From Oikopleura dioica (taxonomy: Eukaryota > Animalia > Chordata), in the NCBI GenBank assembly GCA_907165135.1, contig OU015566.1, positions 7,068,001-7,132,000 on the forward strand: a stretch of 64,000 nt of DNA, given 5' to 3'. Under the pieces are notes generated by a model that searched no databases, was not told where the DNA came from, and worked only from the letters and a program-made list of their open reading frames with translations. Within the stretch, counting starts at the first letter, position 1; each line of letters opens with the position of its first letter. This document shows positions 62,592 through 64,000 of the stretch, piece by piece. The position numbers and the translations under genes were made by a program.

Positions 62592-63357
62592 TTTTAGACT
62601 TTTGATAAAAACAATTGATTGAACACCAAAACCTTCATTTTCCTATCTTGTGAAACTGCTTCTTTCAACAACCTGTAACTAAAGCCAAACTGTATCCCAT
62701 TCATGTTCCTTATTTAGAATTCTATTTTTTATCATTCTCAGAAATGCTCAAAACAAGCTAAAGCGAAAAGTTACACTTACGAATATCTACCAACATCCCC
62801 AGAGGTCGACCCTTACGCCCTTAAAACATCGTTCAATCATAATGATATCCTCACAATTGCTACTCGAGTCAATAATCTTTTAGATGATTCCTTACAAATG
62901 AGATATCCTAAAAATTTTCAAGAAGAACTGGTCGATTTTTCTAGGCTAGCCAAATCTATGGCGGGCAAATTCTATCGTTAGGGTTTTGGAAAAATCAGAG
63001 ATCGTGAATGCTCTCAAAAGCCAATCAAACCGACCGTTTTCTTTAATTTGGCCACCATTGACCTACTGGGTTCAGAAATTCCTCCCCTCATTGTGCAATA
63101 CCTGCCTTTTAGTACCAAAAAAAGTTCACAAACCAAAAAATTATCGATTCAAAAATTAAATATGCTCTCAAGTGTCTTTTAATTCTCTATCGATTCTAGT
63201 TAAAATTTTTATACCGACTGTGTTTATTAACAATAGCAATAGTATGTGACAGTAACATTAGCGCGTAATTCTTACTGTAGTGTGGTGAGACCTTCAACAA
63301 CCAAATAAATTCGAAAAAATGCCAATTTTCTCTTGTAAAAAAGTTTTATTTTTGAGG

Positions 63358-64000
63358 ATGACGGATGAGTCGCGACGCTCGTTCCTCAGACAGTTGCAGG
63401 AGCATCCTGATCGTATGATATTATCGGAGTTGATCCTCAAGCGAATGCCGATGGACGCGCTTGCATGGCTCGCTCCGAATGTTTTGGAGGGCGTCAACGA
63501 ACAAGGCGACTGTCGTTTCGATGATCTGGCGGGCTTTGATTTCTGTCAGACGTTTCTCAATCAGCACTACAAACGCGATTCAATTCTCGAGCTCGTCGGG
63601 AAAGAATTTGAAGCAGAGAAAAAGTCAAAGCCGGATCGGCTCTCTGATGTGATGAAGATTGTACAGAAGCGCCATGATTTGAAGTACAACAAGAAAAAGC
63701 TTGAGCCGAAGGCGACGATTGAGTTCGATTCTACTGATCCTGTCGTAAGATTTGCTGGATCATATGTAAGAGAACGCTTCTTGCCGTTTTGATTTAGTCG
63801 ATTCTTTTAGCTATTTACCGGCAAAAAATGCAAGCCGAAAGGACTTGACTTGCAAGCAGCTCGAAGCAATCTTCTCCTTTTCAATATTAACCGAGAAAAT
63901 GACGATCGTTTGCCGAAATTTCAACTTGTCGACTATTCGCCACTGGATCGGCGCCATCATCCTGACCGGCATGCGTTCCGTCCTGTTCATCAATCCGCGT
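63358..64000 (+). CDS. Hypothetical protein, truncated at the window end
   Basis: Open exon 63358-63744, GT-AG intron 63745-63810, and an in-phase open frame to the end of the window. No family recognised. Confidence 0.4.

Overview
Eukaryotic genomic DNA, most consistent with the larvacean tunicate Oikopleura. This is inferred from gene density, many 38-70 bp introns, frequent GA/GC/GG-AG introns and TTTCAG-type acceptors just before start codons; it was not verified. Genes were assembled by hand from exons: an FN3/EGF/pentraxin/ZP membrane protein (1.2-12.8 kb), a myosin regulatory light chain, a Gla + C-type lectin protein, synaptotagmin-1-like, four tandem single-pass PY-motif microproteins, a Cys-rich/kelch-like secreted protein, a signal-peptide-bearing FABP, a FAM3/ILEI-domain protein, a KH-domain protein, a divergent Axin, KIF21 (with a RING gene nested antisense in one intron), RPSA and VIP36/LMAN2. 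Several non-autonomous DNA transposons with TIRs and target-site duplications lie in introns. Highlights: (1) a hAT-like MITE sits inside an ancestral KIF21 exon and can be removed as a GT-AG intron using its own TSD and TIR (introner-type intron gain); (2) non-canonical donors share a G|GNNCG signature, with GAACG four times; (3) a FAM3 junction fits only TT-AG or GT-AA; (4) a PY-microprotein array; (5) a Gla-coiled coil-lectin architecture. All exon boundaries are manual predictions without transcript data.
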